Assembly (NCBI RefSeq): GCF_963921235.1
Contig: NC_086109.1
Coordinates: 34,040,001 to 34,104,000 of the forward strand
Direction: 5' to 3'
From: Mobula hypostoma
Taxonomy: Eukaryota
Length of the DNA stretch: 64,000 nt
In this document: piece after piece, positions 25,420 through 39,000 of the stretch
Position numbering within the stretch: the stretch's first letter is position 1
How the letters are laid out: each line of letters opens with the position of its first letter
Translations under genes and position numbers: made by a program
The notes under the pieces: generated by a model
Told to the model about the DNA's origin: nothing
Database searches by the model: none
Seen by the model: only the letters and a program-made list of their open reading frames with translations

Positions 25420-25504
25420 CAATATTTACTGAATCTTCCCAATCTTCTAATACTTCTGTTATTACTAGAACATACACATATGTTCTATGTTTTCTGTCTT
25501 GATT
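25420..25504 (-). CDS. NUDT3: NUDT3 coding exon 4, 85 bp
   Basis: Translates NQDRKHRTYVYVLVITEVLEDWEDSVNI(G). Acceptor ttttatttttcag, donor gtaaga, phase 0/1. Confidence 0.96.
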
Positions 25505-25734
25505 CTGAAAAATAAAACACTTATTTCACAAATATCAGACATTGGTTTTCCGTGCTATAGAACCATGACTCTATAAAGCACAGTTATAGAAATACGACCT
25601 GTGCTTGCTGTGTTAAACCTAGGAGAAACTTCAGACAAGCAATTGCTAGGCTGTCAAGTTTGGAGATTGTGTATTTCATAACACTGGAAAGAAATAGTAA
25701 ATCAGAGCAATAAGCTTAAATTATTAAATACTGG

Positions 25735-26590
25735 AACAAAAACACAACACTGCAATAACTCAGTGACTCAAGCAGCATCTGCAGAAGCAGAACATTTTGG
25801 ATCAAGAATCTGCATCAAGACAAAAGGAAGAGTAAAGAAGTGAGAGAAGGCTGGGGCAGAGGCTAGTAGATGATATTTGGAATCAGGTCAGTGGAGGGGG
25901 GTGGGGTTGTGAGGCTATGATTGGCAAATGGACCAGGTGGGGAATAGTGAACGAAGGGAAAAGAAAATTAAGAGAGTTAAGTATAGGGGGGTGGAGAACA
26001 TGGACATTATCTGACACTGAAAGATTTAGTGTTCATACCCTTGGGTTGTAAGCTGCCCAATTGGTACACGAAATGTTCTTCCAATTTGTAACTAGTTTCA
26101 TCACAGCAAAAGAGAAGACTGTGGACAGAGTGGTGTGTTTAGAAATGGGAAAGTAAGTTAAAATGGCATGTAAATAGAAGATCAAGATGCCTGTACTAAA
26201 CAGAGCACAGGTACTCTGCTTAGTCTACACTTGAGTTTTCCCCCATTGTAGAGGAGGATCAAATTTTCAGCACTGAATGCAACCGAACTAGTTGGAAGAA
26301 CCGCAGATAAATCTCTGTCCCTACCTGGTTCCATCTGCCCATCATTCTCCACACCTCCCATCTCCCAGACACAATCTGGTTCCACCTATCATCTTGTAAC
26401 TTCTGTCCAACCCCTGCCTTGCATTGTGATATGATGGCATTCTTTCTTCTCCTCAGTCCTGATGCAGAGTCTCGACCCGAAACTGTGGACTTACCTCTCG
26501 TCATCACAGATGCTGTATGGTCCTGCTGAGTTCTTCAAGCATTGTTTTTCTTTTGCTCCAAATTGCAGCATTTCCAGCTTCTTTTGTCTA
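25735..26590. mobile_element. Penelope-like remnant with inverted pseudo-LTRs in NUDT3 intron 3
   Basis: Minus part 25735-26260 (pseudo-LTR plus decayed GIY-YIG, LLYNGGKLKCRL). Plus part ~26300-26590 with hammerhead-like AGTCCTGATGCAGAGTCTCGACCCGAAAC (26455-26491). Confidence 0.65.
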
Positions 26591-27672
26591 TGTATTACAT
26601 ACTGTTGTGCATGGACACATTCGGCATGGAAACATGCTATTTGTTCCAGCCATCTACATTAATTCCCATCTCTTTCACATCCTCTTTGGAAAACCTATAA
26701 TCTACTACAATGTTTCCTATTATATAGACTACATATGATGGATTAAGAGCAGATGTGCCAGTTGCTCCCCAAGGACAGTACCCCAATTTGTCAATACGTG
26801 TATTGCAACAAGTATAGGTCAGATCTTTGAAGGACAGGCTCGCAAAACAGTAAACAATATAAGCAATTCTCACATTTATATAGCTACAAGATTTTTTGAC
26901 AATTCCAGGGGCTACAACTTGAGAAGCAACATGAAGACATTAGAGGAAAAGTTACTTAAACAGTATCTGCACTGAATAATTAGTGCTATTAGTGGACAGT
27001 GGGAACTGGGCTTCTTTCATCTTCAATTAGGGATGTGCAAGTACAGATTTGATCGATGTTTAAAATCCTGAAGGGTTTACATAAACTGGTGGATACTTAT
27101 TTAACAAATTCTTAAAACAAAATTGGATAAATACTTGCAGGAGAAAAAAAAAACACCAAGTTATGGGCAAAGGGTAGATTGATGGATCAAACTAAACTCT
27201 TCTTCAGAAGAGACTAAAACTTTGGGGCAAGTTTTGTTGACTGATTTTTCTAATGTTTTCTATTGATAGTTCAATACTGGGAGGACCTGTAAAATCTAAC
27301 TTGTTTCTGAAGATAAAACTCTTACTTAGCCTTTGGAACTTTTTTTTGCCCATTAGGCCCAGTCCTTTTCCCCATCAGTTCAAGAATTTGTGCACTTAGG
27401 CAAGTACTGGATACTTTATTACATTGCCCATTATCCACATTATTCAATTTGTTCTTAATGTTCTAGCAAAGAGATGATCTGGTTCTTAGTCAATCTGACC
27501 CAAACTGCTTCATGATGGTTGTTGATTTTTCAAAGACGACCAATCAATTTTCCAGTTAATTACTGTCATTATGATCACAATTACAAATAGCATAGAAAAC
27601 AACACATTTTTCTGCAAATATCTGCTAGTTGATGTGCCAACATTAATATGGCTCTTTAAAATTAAAACCTAC

Positions 27673-27717
27673 CTCAAATATTCCTACTAATCTTCCTAAT
27701 GTCCCTTTGACTCCAGC
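27673..27717 (-). CDS. NUDT3: NUDT3 coding exon 3, 45 bp
   Basis: Translates AGVKGTLGRLVGIFE and completes the Nudix box (REVCEEAG). Acceptor atttatttttcag, donor gtaggt, phase 0/0. Confidence 0.96.
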
Positions 27718-29294
27718 CTGAAAAATAAATAAGTTTAGCGTTTTAAAAACCATGTCCACTTCTTCAAAAGGAGTTTGAACACTGATCTACAATACCTTTG
27801 GAAAACATAAAAAAGGGCCTCTGTCACATTTTGTTTTTATCCCTAGACATTATGAACTTGCCACCATTATTCATAAAAGACAATGATATTAATAGCAACT
27901 TTAGGATAAGTGAGAACCAAGATGTTTCACATGATCAAGGTGTCAATAAAAAAAAAGCATCTCCCGTGCTTTAGTCTTATTTAAATATTCAAGAGAATAC
28001 CGTACAAATAAAAAAAAGTCTTGTGTTTGTAACTGCCATACTTGCCATACAGCTCTGGAATACCTGAATATAATTTAAAGGGGAAAAAAACTAAAAATAT
28101 GAAATATAAAAAGGACACAAAGCTGAGCATTACATTAAATTCTTACATGAAGCCTCTTTGCATCCAGATGTGGATTATTTATTGAAACCTACCATATATC
28201 AAAGATTTCAGCAATAGAGCAGAGCTAAAGATAAGCAGAAAGGAACAGCAGGGAGAAAAGCAGACTTTAGAAATGACCACTTTTCTAACATCTGATTTTT
28301 TTTTACAACAGAATGCCTTCTAATAAGTAATGTATTTCAGATGGCCATTTCTATAAATTCAATAATACCACTCTCTGAAAACTAGTTGTGCAGAATAGTT
28401 ATTTTTTAAAAACCATTATTTCAGTATAATTCCATGAAATTACAAACTACACTGACATGATGCATTCATTTTAAATTCTGTGATCTAGCCTAGTTAAAAA
28501 TGTGGCTCTTGAAACTTAGTTCACAACAGGTTCAAGTCAAGTTGCTAAAAATATTTCAATATGCTTTACATTTTTGATTCATACAGTGTATGCCGGATGG
28601 GTGATCACCAATTTTATACTGTTTCGAAAACTCTTCATTACCCTTGACTACTTCTTCCATATAAAGGAAATCATCAAAATTGATTATCGGAAATGTATTG
28701 TTACGAGTAATGTTGAAGGCACAAGTTCAAAAAGAAACAGCAAAAAAGGTAAAAGTTTCATTTCCACCTTTTAAACTCTTCAAGCCAGAAGACCCAGTTT
28801 TGCCACATCTACTTCACAGATACTTTTGCTCTGTGCCATACATTACTTGGGCAAAAACAGGTATCGCTCTTTAAGTGGAAGTGAAGGCTTCCAAGTGTGA
28901 ATACAAAGTAATGTTCATCTTTTCAGCTCTCAGCATTCAGACTATATATTAAGTGAAAATGCCATTTACGAATAGAGGCACATCAAATGTTGAAGAATCA
29001 GGTTCCTCTATTAGCTGGCCTATATTTACAGAAATAGCTTCCATTCAATTAAAGGTAGCATTAGTGTACTGAACTGTCACTCAGTTCATTGACTCATTCA
29101 GACAACAGCTGTGACATCTGTTACAATACACTCTAATGACAGATACATCACTTGTAGAAGCCAAGTACTAATTTAAGTCAATTCCTAACAGCAGGACAGT
29201 AAGTATATAAAAAAAATTAAATTGAATTCTTCCTAACATACATATGAAACTATGCAACCTAACCTCACCATTTTGAAAAGATAGGAAAAGTGAT

Positions 29295-31120
29295 AAAGGT
29301 CTGGAGGGGGATGAGGACCATCACTGGGTTCCGGCAAACTAGCAACAGAGGAGCTGAAGGCAGTGTGGACAGGGCCAATGAACTTAACCTGTTCTTTAAC
29401 AGATTTGACAGTGTGGCCCCTGCCCATCCCCCACATGAGCTATCTGTTGTTGGCCCCCAACCAACACATATTCCACTCTCCCCTCCTATCCCTCCTCACA
29501 GTCCCCCACTCTGCTCTCATGACTATACCCCTTCCCCACACAAAACCACCACGGTGGGCTTCACAGCTCTACAGGTGAGAAGACAGCTGAAATGTCTCAA
29601 CCCAAGCAAGGCTGCAGGACCGGATGGTGTCAGCACCAGGGTGCTCAAAGCCTGTGCCCCTCAGCGATGTGGAGTACTTCGCCATGTATTCAACCTGAGC
29701 CTGAGGCTCCGGAGAGTTCCTGTACTGTGGAAGACGTCCTGCCTCGTCCCTGTGCCGAAGACGCCGCGCCCCAGTGGCCTCAATAACTACAGACTGGTGG
29801 CATTGACCTCCTACATCCTGAAGATCCCGGAGAGACTTGTTCTGGAGCTGCTCCGGCCTATGGTCAATCCACACTTAGATCCCCTCCAGTTCGCCTACCA
29901 GCCCCAACTAGGAGTTGAGGATGCCATCATCTTCCTGCTGAACCGTGTCTACGCCCACCTGGACAAGCCAGCGAGCACTGTGAGGGTCATGTTTTTTGAC
30001 TTCTCCAGTGCGTTCAACACCATCCGCCCTGCTCTGCTGGGGGAGAAGCTGACAGCAATGCAGGTGGATGCTTCCCTGGTATCATGGATTCTTGATTATC
30101 TGACTGGCAGACCACAGTGCATGTGCTTGCAACACTGTGTGTCTGACAGAGTGATCAGCAGCACATGGGGCTCCACAGGGGACTGTCTCATCTCCCTTTC
30201 GCTTCACCATTTACACCTCGGACTTCAACTACTGCACGGAGTCTTGTCATCTTCAGAAATTTTCTGATGACTCCTCCATAGTTGGATGCATCAGCAAGGG
30301 AGATGAGGCTGAGCACCGGGCTACGGTAGGAAACTTTGTCACATGGTATGAGCAGAATTATCTGCAGCTTAATGTGAAAAAGACTAAGGAGCTGGTGGTG
30401 GACCTGAGGAGAGCTAAGGTACTGGTGACCCCTGTTTCCATCCAGGGGGTCAGTGTGGACATGGTGGAGGATTACAAATACCTGGGGATACGAATTGACA
30501 ATAAACTGGACTGGTCAAAGAACACTGAGGCTGTCTACAAGAAGGGTCAGAGCCGTCTCTATTTCCTGAGGAGACTGAGGTCCTTTAACATCTGCCGGAC
30601 GATGCTGAGGATGTTCTACGAGTCTGTGGTGGCCAGTGCTATCATGTTTGCTGTTGTGTGCTGGGGCAGCAGGCTGAGGGTGGCAGACACCAACAGAATC
30701 AACAAACTCATTCGTAAGGCCAGTGATGTTGTGGGGATGGAACTGGACTCTCTCATGGTGGTGTCTGAAAAGAGGATGCTGTCTAAGTTACATGCCATCT
30801 TGGTCAATGTCTCCCATCCACTACATAATGTACTGGGTGGGCACAGGAGTACATTCAGCCAGAGACTCATTCCTCCGAGATGCAGCACAGAGCGTCATAG
30901 GAAGTCATTCCTGCCTGTGGCCATCAAACTTTACAACTCCTCCCTTGGAGGGTCAGACATCCTGAGCCAATAGGCTGGTCCTGGACTTATTTCATAATTT
31001 ACTGGCATAATTTACATATTACTATTTAACTATTTATGGTTCTATTACTATTTATTATTTATGGAGCAACTGTAATGAAAACCGATTTCCTCCAGTATTA
31101 ATGAAGTATGACTATGACTA
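29295..31120 (+). mobile_element. Rex1/Babar LINE, 5'-truncated, near-intact RT
   Basis: ORF 29290-30267 (KAAGPDGV, LDPLQFAYQ, VRVMFFDFSSAFNTI). One frameshift near 30167, then GAPQGTVLSP...QKFSDDS, continuing into ORF 30374-30973. (TATGAC)n tail. Confidence 0.92.
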
Positions 31121-31384
31121 AAGGGTTGTATATAATCTTTGGAGGTGCAACTTGTTTTTGGATCATTCATATCATGTTCCTATAACAAACAAAACATTGA
31201 GCAGCAGGATTAATTCAATTTTTCTAGCAGTAAACTGGTTCACAATCAAATACAAAGCACCTGATGGTAATGATTTGAGGCAGTTTATAACAGCACTTTC
31301 ACTGGAGGCAACAAGGCCACAGCCATCATTTTGGTAAACTTTCCAATCATAAAAGCTCCAACACAGGAAATAATTTGGGTTATA

Positions 31385-31490
31385 AGGTCAGGCAGCACGT
31401 ATGAAAAGTAACAGAGTCGATATTTCAGGCCAAGACCCTTCATCAGAGTGTGTTACTCTGGTTTCTAACATCTGCAGAATCTCGTGTTTA
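31385..31490. mobile_element. Penelope-derived short fold-back fragment with hammerhead core
   Basis: Minus-strand CTGATGA-AGG-gtcttgg-CCT-GAAATATC-GACT (31415-31446) is joined directly to a plus-strand terminal segment (...CATCTGCAGAATCTCGTGTTT). Confidence 0.7.
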
Positions 31491-31865
31491 TGGCTTGCTA
31501 TACAGAGTTTTCCCTTGTGAGATGAGACCAAGTAGACAAGACGCATATACATCTAGAGAGTTCAGAACTTGGCAGTGAAGTAGATCAGTAATGATATTGT
31601 TGAATGCAGAACAAGCTTGAATAGCTAGATAGCCTACTCTGCTGTTTTTTTATATTCCAATGCAACATCTACAAATAGCTACAGTTTTATCTACTTTTAT
31701 TGTCTAGGAAATTGTTTTAAGGACTGAGCTGTTGCTGTACCGTCAGGTTTTCCCAAGTGAAAAAGTGCCTTCTAGAAGATTCAAGTATGAGCTATCCACT
31801 CATGCAAAAGTTAGACCTTGCCGTTGAGCTTTTACTACAAATAGAAAGTTATAAACACACACACA

Positions 31866-33392
31866 CAGTGGCATGCAAAAGTTTGGGCACCCCTGATCAA
31901 AATTTCTCTTACTGCGAATAGTTGAGTAGAAGATGAACTGATCTCCAAAAGTCTAAAGCTAAAGTTGAAACATTCTTTTCAACGTTTTAAGCAAGATTAG
32001 TGTATTATTTTTGTTTTGTACAATTTTAGAGTGATAAAAAGGAAAGGAACACCATGCAAATGTTTGGGCAAGAGATTTGAACTCTCAGATAACTTCTACC
32101 AAGGTCTCAGAACTTAATTAGCATGTTAGGGCTATGGCTTGTTGACAGCCGTTGTTAGGAAAGGCCAGGTGATGCAAATTTCAAAGCTTTACAAATACCC
32201 TGACTCCTCAAACCTTGTCCCAACAATAGGCAGCCATAGGCTCCTCTAAGCAACTGCCTAGCACTCTGAAAATCAAATTAAACGATGCCCACAAAGCAGG
32301 AGAAGGCTATAAGAATATAGCAAAGCGTTTTCAGGTAGCTGTTTCCTCAGTTCGTAATGTAATTAAGAATTAGCAGTTAACAGGAACAGTGGAGGTCAAG
32401 GTGAGGTCTGGAAGACCAAGAAAACTGTTTGTAGGATTGCTAGAAAGGCAAATCAAAACCCCCGTTTGACTGCCAAAGACCTTCAGGAAGATTTAGCAGA
32501 TTCTGGAGAGGTGGTGCACCGTTCTACAGTACAGCGACACCTGCACAAATATGACCTTCATGGAAGAGTCATCAGAACAAAACCTTTCCTGCAGTCCTCA
32601 CCACAAAAATCAGCGTCAGAAGTTTGCAAAGGAACATCTAAACAAGCCTGATGCATTTTGGAAACAAGTCCCGTGGACTGATGAAGTTAAAATAGAACTT
32701 TTTGGCTGCAATGAGCAAAGGTATGTTTGGAGAAAAAAGGGTGGAGAATCTCATGAAAAGAACACCTCTCCAACTGTTAAGCACGGGGGTGGATCGATCA
32801 TGCTTTGGGCTTGTGTTGCACGGGGAATGTTTCACTAGTAGAGGGAAGAATGAATTCAATTAAATACCAGCAAATTCTGGAAGCAAACATCACACCATCT
32901 GTAAAAAAAAGCTGAAGATGAAAAGAGGATGGTTTCTACAACAGGGTAGCGATCCTAAACACACCTCAGAATCCACAATGGACTACCTCAAGAGGCATAA
33001 GCTGGAGGTTTGGCCATGGCCCTCACAGCCCCCTGACCCAAACATCATCGAGAATCTGTGGATAGACCTCAAAAGAGCAGTGCATGCAAGATAGCTCAAG
33101 AATCTCACAGAACTAGAAGCCTTTTGCAAGGAAGAATGGGCGAAAATCCCCCAAACACAAATTGAAAGACTCTTATCTGGCTACAGAAAGCGTTTACAAG
33201 CTGTGATACTTGCCAAAGGGGGTGTTACTAAGTACTGACCATGCAGGGTGCCCAAACTTTTGCTTCAGGCCCTTTTCCCTTTTTGTTATTTTGAAACTGT
33301 AAAAGATGGAAATAAAGAAGTAATCTTGCTTAAAATATTAAAGAAATGAGTCTTCTTTAACTTCATGCCTTTTGGAAATCAGGTAATCTTTT
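31866..33392 (+). mobile_element. Tc1-family (IR/DR type) DNA transposon with transposase pseudogene; right TIR truncated
   Basis: Left end CAGTGGCATGCAAAAGTTTGGGCACCC, with an inner direct repeat at ~32052 and an inverted copy at ~33246-33263. Transposase ~32236-33238 has WTDEVKIELFG, PTVKHGGGSIMLWAC, DPKHTS, WPSQPPDPNIIENLW and GGVTKY*, with stops and frameshifts. Confidence 0.92.
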
Positions 33393-33429
33393 GTGGCCTT
33401 CATTTTTCTCCAAAGTAGTTTTTTCTCAC

Positions 33430-33985
33430 CACAATTCAAGATTGTTCAATGCCACTTCCAGTACCCAAATGTAAAGGAGAATGGAGTAATTGTTACTTCG
33501 GATCTGATGCAGCGCAAAAAAACCCAGAAGATAATGAATTCATACTAATGTAAGAATCATAATAACATCTCAATAATACACAATACTAATATATAACAAA
33601 CAAGAGAAAATTTGCAGCTGGATTTTCTTTCCCCAGTCCTGCAAAAGGATCTCGGCCCAAAACGTCAACTGTACTCGTTCCCACTGATGTTGCCTGGCCT
33701 GCTGAGTTCCTCCAGCATTTTGTGTACGTTTATACACAAGTTAGTTTATAAACATAGATTGATCGCACATCCATAAAGTGACACTAGGCTACATATAAAG
33801 GTAACTGACAGGAAATAATTCCGTACTGGTGGAGGTGTTGATCAGCTTCACTGCTTGGCGTAAGTAACTATTTTTGAGTCTGGTGATCCTGGTGTGGATG
33901 CTATGTAGACTCCTGCCGGATGGGAGTCAGACAAACAATCCATGAGCAAGGTGGGTGGGATCTTTCATGATGTTACGGGCACTTT
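33430..33985 (-). mobile_element. LINE 3' remnant containing a Penelope pseudo-LTR fragment (33597-33727)
   Basis: Rex-type 3' coding remnant (CTCCTGCCGGATGGGAG is LPSGR in reverse). Embedded plus-strand degenerate hammerhead at 33635-33670. Confidence 0.55.
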
Positions 33986-35314
33986 TCTGTATATATGTCT
34001 TTGACCACGGCTGGGCTGGTGCTGTTTGGCGATGTTATCTTTCAATTATCAAAATAAAAAAAAAATACCAAAACATCTGTTTAAATATAGTGGTGCAGTC
34101 TGCTCAATGTCCCTGCGAGCATATTTACACGTACTGATGTGGGTGGAGGACCCAGGAGAGAAGATAATTTAAAAAAACATTTAGAAACATTTCAGAAGAT
34201 ATTAAACTTTATCAATAAGGTAACACATGCAAAAGTTCCATATTAATCACTGCACAATCCATAGGTGTGCTATGTTCATGTCTGAGGTAAACAAAAATTC
34301 TTTTGTAATACCCAATTACAGACTCTGGGAGGCATACAAAACCAGAATATTAAATTGCAACATACAGCTGTTATTTTACATCATTCCAAAACCCTGGTGA
34401 AAGACTTGAACTAATTTTGTCAGTCCTCAAGGCTCGCAGGCACAGACTAAGATGTGTCACTAGGTGACATTAAGTTTGAAAGTAGTAGAAAGACAAGACA
34501 GTGGAAGTGCTTCAGTTTCAAGACCCCGAAAATTTGGAGCAGCTGGTACGAATAAGGTAGTGTAGTTTATAAGACACAGGAGAAGCTGCCAGAGTTCTAT
34601 ACCACTGATCCAGAGACATTAGTCCAAATCACAAATGCAGAATTAAAATACAAATACAAATGATTTTTAAAAATTGAAACTAAAAACAAGCTAGTCTCAG
34701 TAAAAGTAACCTCTGAGATTATTGGCTTGCTGTAAAAACATTTAGTTTCTAAGCATTTCTCAATATGAAAATTTCCATTTAATCCAGACCTATAAATCAT
34801 TCCAAATCTATCAATTCAATTGCCTCTCAATTTCCTCCTCCATTCTTCCACTTATTTATCACATGTACATTGAAACATACAGTAAAATGCATAATTTGTG
34901 CTAACAACTGAACAATATGATGGGGGCAGCCCAGAAGTGTCATCACAGATTTCAGTGCCAACACAGCATGTCCACAACGCTCAGCAGAAGATGGAACACA
35001 ATAAGCAAAACAAGCCAGTTCCTCCCTTCCACTCACACACATACATACCCATGCAACCCAAGGGCAGGCTGCCTTCGGCCTGCAGCAGACTGGTAGATTC
35101 GCAGACATTGGGCTTCAACTCCCACAGCAGACTCACAGAAGCTTGCAGTCTCAGGATGCTGCAGATTGACCTTCGGGGCTTCGATCTTCGGTATCGACCC
35201 CAGGCCTTGCTGATGCTGACAATTACGACCCTAGTTGAGAATGCTAAGCTCAATTCAATGCCTATCTAATGAAGTCCAATATCCCAAATGCTTTCTTAAT
35301 CACATGATCTAACT

Positions 35315-36063
35315 CAGTGGTCCCCAACCACCGGGCCGCAAAGCATGTGCTACCGGGCCACGAGGAAACAATATGATTTGGCGATATGAAATGATATGAG
35401 TCAGCTGCACCTTTCCTCGTTCCCTGTCACGCTCACTGTTGGAACCTGAACACATGCGAGGTCATTACCCATGCGTCATCCACGTCAGGGTGGGAAGAAG
35501 ATCAACTCCTTGAGTTTGCAAATGATGGTGGGCTGAAAAGTATGTTTGACATAACATCTCTGCCGGTATTCTGGATCAAAGTCAAGGCTGAATATCCTGA
35601 GATAGCCACGAAAGCACTGAAAACGTTGCTTCCATTTCCATCACATCTCTGTGAAGCGGGCTTTTCTGCAATGAGTGCAACGAAAACTAAATTGCGGAAT
35701 AGACTGGACATAAGGAACCCCCTTCGAGTATCGCTGTCTCCCATCACCCCTCGATGGGACCGTCTTATTGCAGGAAAACAAGCCCAGGTCTCCCACTGAT
35801 TCAGCAATATTGGTGTGCTGCAAAGATTTTATATGTTCATACGGGGAAAATATGCGCTGTGTTTAATATTAAATTCGTTAGATAAGCCCTTTTAAAAACG
35901 AAATTGAGTGTATTAACCACTTACAAGTGACTTAGTTGACTTACCACCTATATTCTGGTCGTGATTAACATCACACCTCCCCCACCCCCACCGGTTGGCC
36001 GGTCCACAAGAATATTGTCAATATTATACCAGTCTGCGGTGCAAAAAAGGTTGGGTACCCCTG
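35315..36063 (+). mobile_element. Non-autonomous hAT/Charlie element, copy 2
   Basis: TIRs CAGTGGTCCCCAACC and GGTTGGGTACCCCTG. 8-bp TSD ATCTAACT (35307-35314 and 36064-36071). ORF 35542-35799 is a hAT dimerization domain (FWIKVKAEYPEIATKALKTLLPFPSHLCEAGFS...KQAQVSH). Confidence 0.92.
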
Positions 36064-39000
36064 ATCTAACTGCACTACCTTTAAGGATCTCTTCACTCAT
36101 ACACCAAGGTTCCTCAATCTTCCCTAGGGCCGTACCATTCATGGCTTCTCCAAGCAAGTATTTTAAAACACATCAGCTCACATTTATCAGGATTAAACTT
36201 CATCTGTCATATCTCAGCTCATTTTAGCAACGCATCAATATCACCCCGTAGCCTAAGACTACCCTCCACACTGCCAATAACTCCAACCCCTGTCAACTGT
36301 GAACTTGCTTATCACGCGGCTTGAATCCACATCCAAATTTGACTCAGAAAGCTATTAATTTAAATTGTAAGACCAACAGCACAAAGGAAAACCATTGAGA
36401 TCACATTTGTGCCAGCTCAAAGGGACATTTAGTTCCACTTCTATTTTTTGATTGATTTACAAATTTCAGTTACATCTCCGTTCCCTTTTGAAAGGAACAA
36501 TTAAACATGATCACAATGCCCTTTTAGACAGTGTATTCCAGTTCACAGTTTTGTACAAAAAGAAAATCACCTTCCACTAGCATTTTTCGCTTATCAGATT
36601 AAAATTGTCAACGCATTGAATGTATCTAGTTTATGTTATTGGAAGATTCTTCTGAATTAAAGCAAGTCACAGATGCACATCTCCAGCTGGTTCAAAGGCA
36701 TAATTTGTAGCTTTTTTCCCCTGAAGCTTCATTATCTGCGAGCAGGAATCCCCATATGGTTCAGGGAAAAGAAATTCTTAAGCAGTTCTGGCTACTAATT
36801 ACCAGAAAAGATTCATGCCCCAAGGAGAGTTTGCAATCAAGCCAGAACACTCACTTCCTCCCCCAAGGAGTAGTCAGAAACATCATTTACTAAACCTGAA
36901 TTAGCCAATATTTCTAGCTCCATCAGCAGGAGTTGCCTTTAGGAACTAGCACCTTAAGGCCTATGTGTTATAGAAATGCAAGTGAAAGAGCAATGAGATT
37001 AATTACAGTAAACAGCAGATGATCCATGTTTGATGATTCAAAAAAAATGGTTTGCCCTTTGGCTCACTAAATAACATTTGCTGTGCACTTTTCCCACTCC
37101 CAAGGGCCCCCTTCCAACTCACACGGGCCAATTTCCATGCACCTTTCAAAATTTAACTGGTAAACTGGAAATTTATTAAAATCTGTAATGTCACATAAAG
37201 CCAATTAAAAGTATGAGAAATATTAATAGACATTTAATAATCTAGAAACTGGCTAGTACAGCAACAGCGAAATTATTGGAATTTTATTGCATATAGTTAT
37301 TTGGCAGCTGACACTTTAAGACACATCTTGGTTCTTTGCTACGTGAGCTTTGAGATTTTAGTTAAATTAAAGCAGAATTACTCCTTGACAGTCAGGCATG
37401 AAGAGCAAGTTGTTTATAATTTTAATAAGGGAATTTAAATCCCCAAGGCTATTTTTGGGATGGTAATAATGGTTATAAGTGTATTTTGGAATAGATGAAT
37501 TATACTGTGTAAAGAGTGAGAGCTGCAGCCTTTTGAATCGTCAGAATTAGTGGCAGGAATTTTCTGTTGTCTGAAAGGTTCCATTTTGAATTCAGATTAA
37601 ACTAATGCCCCAAGGTATCCACGATGCAACAATGATAAGACTGCAGAAAGTGGAAAGAAATCTCCTATAGTGTACTTCAGAATTTTTAAAGACAGAATGA
37701 GTATGCCATTGTAGCAAGCAAAGGGATTCTTCCTCATCTGTACAAATTCTCTTGAAACAATGGCAACAACATTTCAATTTTGAATTCAACATAACATGAC
37801 TCATCCTGAAAGTGAATTTTTCTTACTTTTTAAAATTATCCCAAACCACCATTGTCACACTTGGCCAAAATGATCTCCCAACCACATTTAGTTCACTGCT
37901 AATATAATAACCCATCTTCAACCTGTAGCTCGTTTACTGAAACTGTTATAAATGATTTTTTTTGTCTCTTCCAATGTTCTTTTCCTCTGACCATCCATAC
38001 TCTGCAAGTCTGAACTTAGCCTATACTCAATTGTCCTAACCTAAATCACACCAAAATTATTTTTGCCCACCACCCAGACTTTCATATTTCTTATCTATAC
38101 ACTCTTCCAATTTTTTTCTAATTGCATCATTACTTTAAGTGTTCCACCAGGCCCCAAGCTCTTGAAACCCCTCAAACCTTTATACCCATATTCTCTATAT
38201 CAAAACCCTAACATTTCATAAAACTCTGTCAAGCTCTTTTGGCTCAGCTTTACTCAGATTTCACCATGTTAAAACACAAATATTTAGTTGCTTGAGCAAA
38301 AAACACCCATTTTCCCCCTTTCAACTCAAAAGCTATTCATTTTTATTTCTTTTTAAATAAACGATTTACACATGTAGGAAAGAATAGTTGAGAAAAACTA
38401 CTCTATAATAGAGTAAGAAAAACTGAGCCACATTGTACTGTAATATTAAGAGGACCGAAGTTGTGGAACCACATTTGTCAGCATGGAAACAGCAGTTTAG
38501 CTGCAGGGAAAAGGCAATTGACACAGCTCCCCCTTATTCAAGTCAGATAGAATTAGGAAAAATAGGATAATGCCTCTCAATCAGAATATTTACAAAAGTC
38601 CCATTTATATGTGTCAACCCGTCTAATACTATAATGTTGCAAAATAGACCAAATTAAATTGCAGACTCCAGAGTTGGAACTGAGAAAGAAACCAGAGTTC
38701 CGCACAGACAATAACATGAAACTTATTTGGCAAGTTGCCTATTGTTGACACTTTTGATCCAGGAATCAGAATTCAAGGGACTGTGCTCACAACAAAGACA
38801 AAAATGTGGAATCTGCAAAACAAGTAAATAAACATTCATTTTTATAAAAATGAATGAAGCACTTGAGAAGCTGTAACAGGCAAATAAACTTGATGTTTAA
38901 TGATTATAGCTAATTGTTATCCCTCCTTGGCTGAACTAAGCAGTGCCCTATTTTAAATATGGTAAAGTACAACAAAAGTATAATTAGTCGTTGCTAAACA

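Noticed and set aside
26455..26491. Functional hammerheads at 26455-26491, 7416-7451, 20949-20984 and 33635-33670
   Set aside because: Each has substitutions in the CUGANGA or GAAA boxes or at the cleavage triplet, so they are treated as decayed.
36855..36895. Possible 41-nt poison exon in NUDT3 intron 2 (cag...gtgagt on minus)
   Set aside because: Good donor but poor polypyrimidine tract. Such matches are expected by chance in 33 kb, and there is no transcript evidence.
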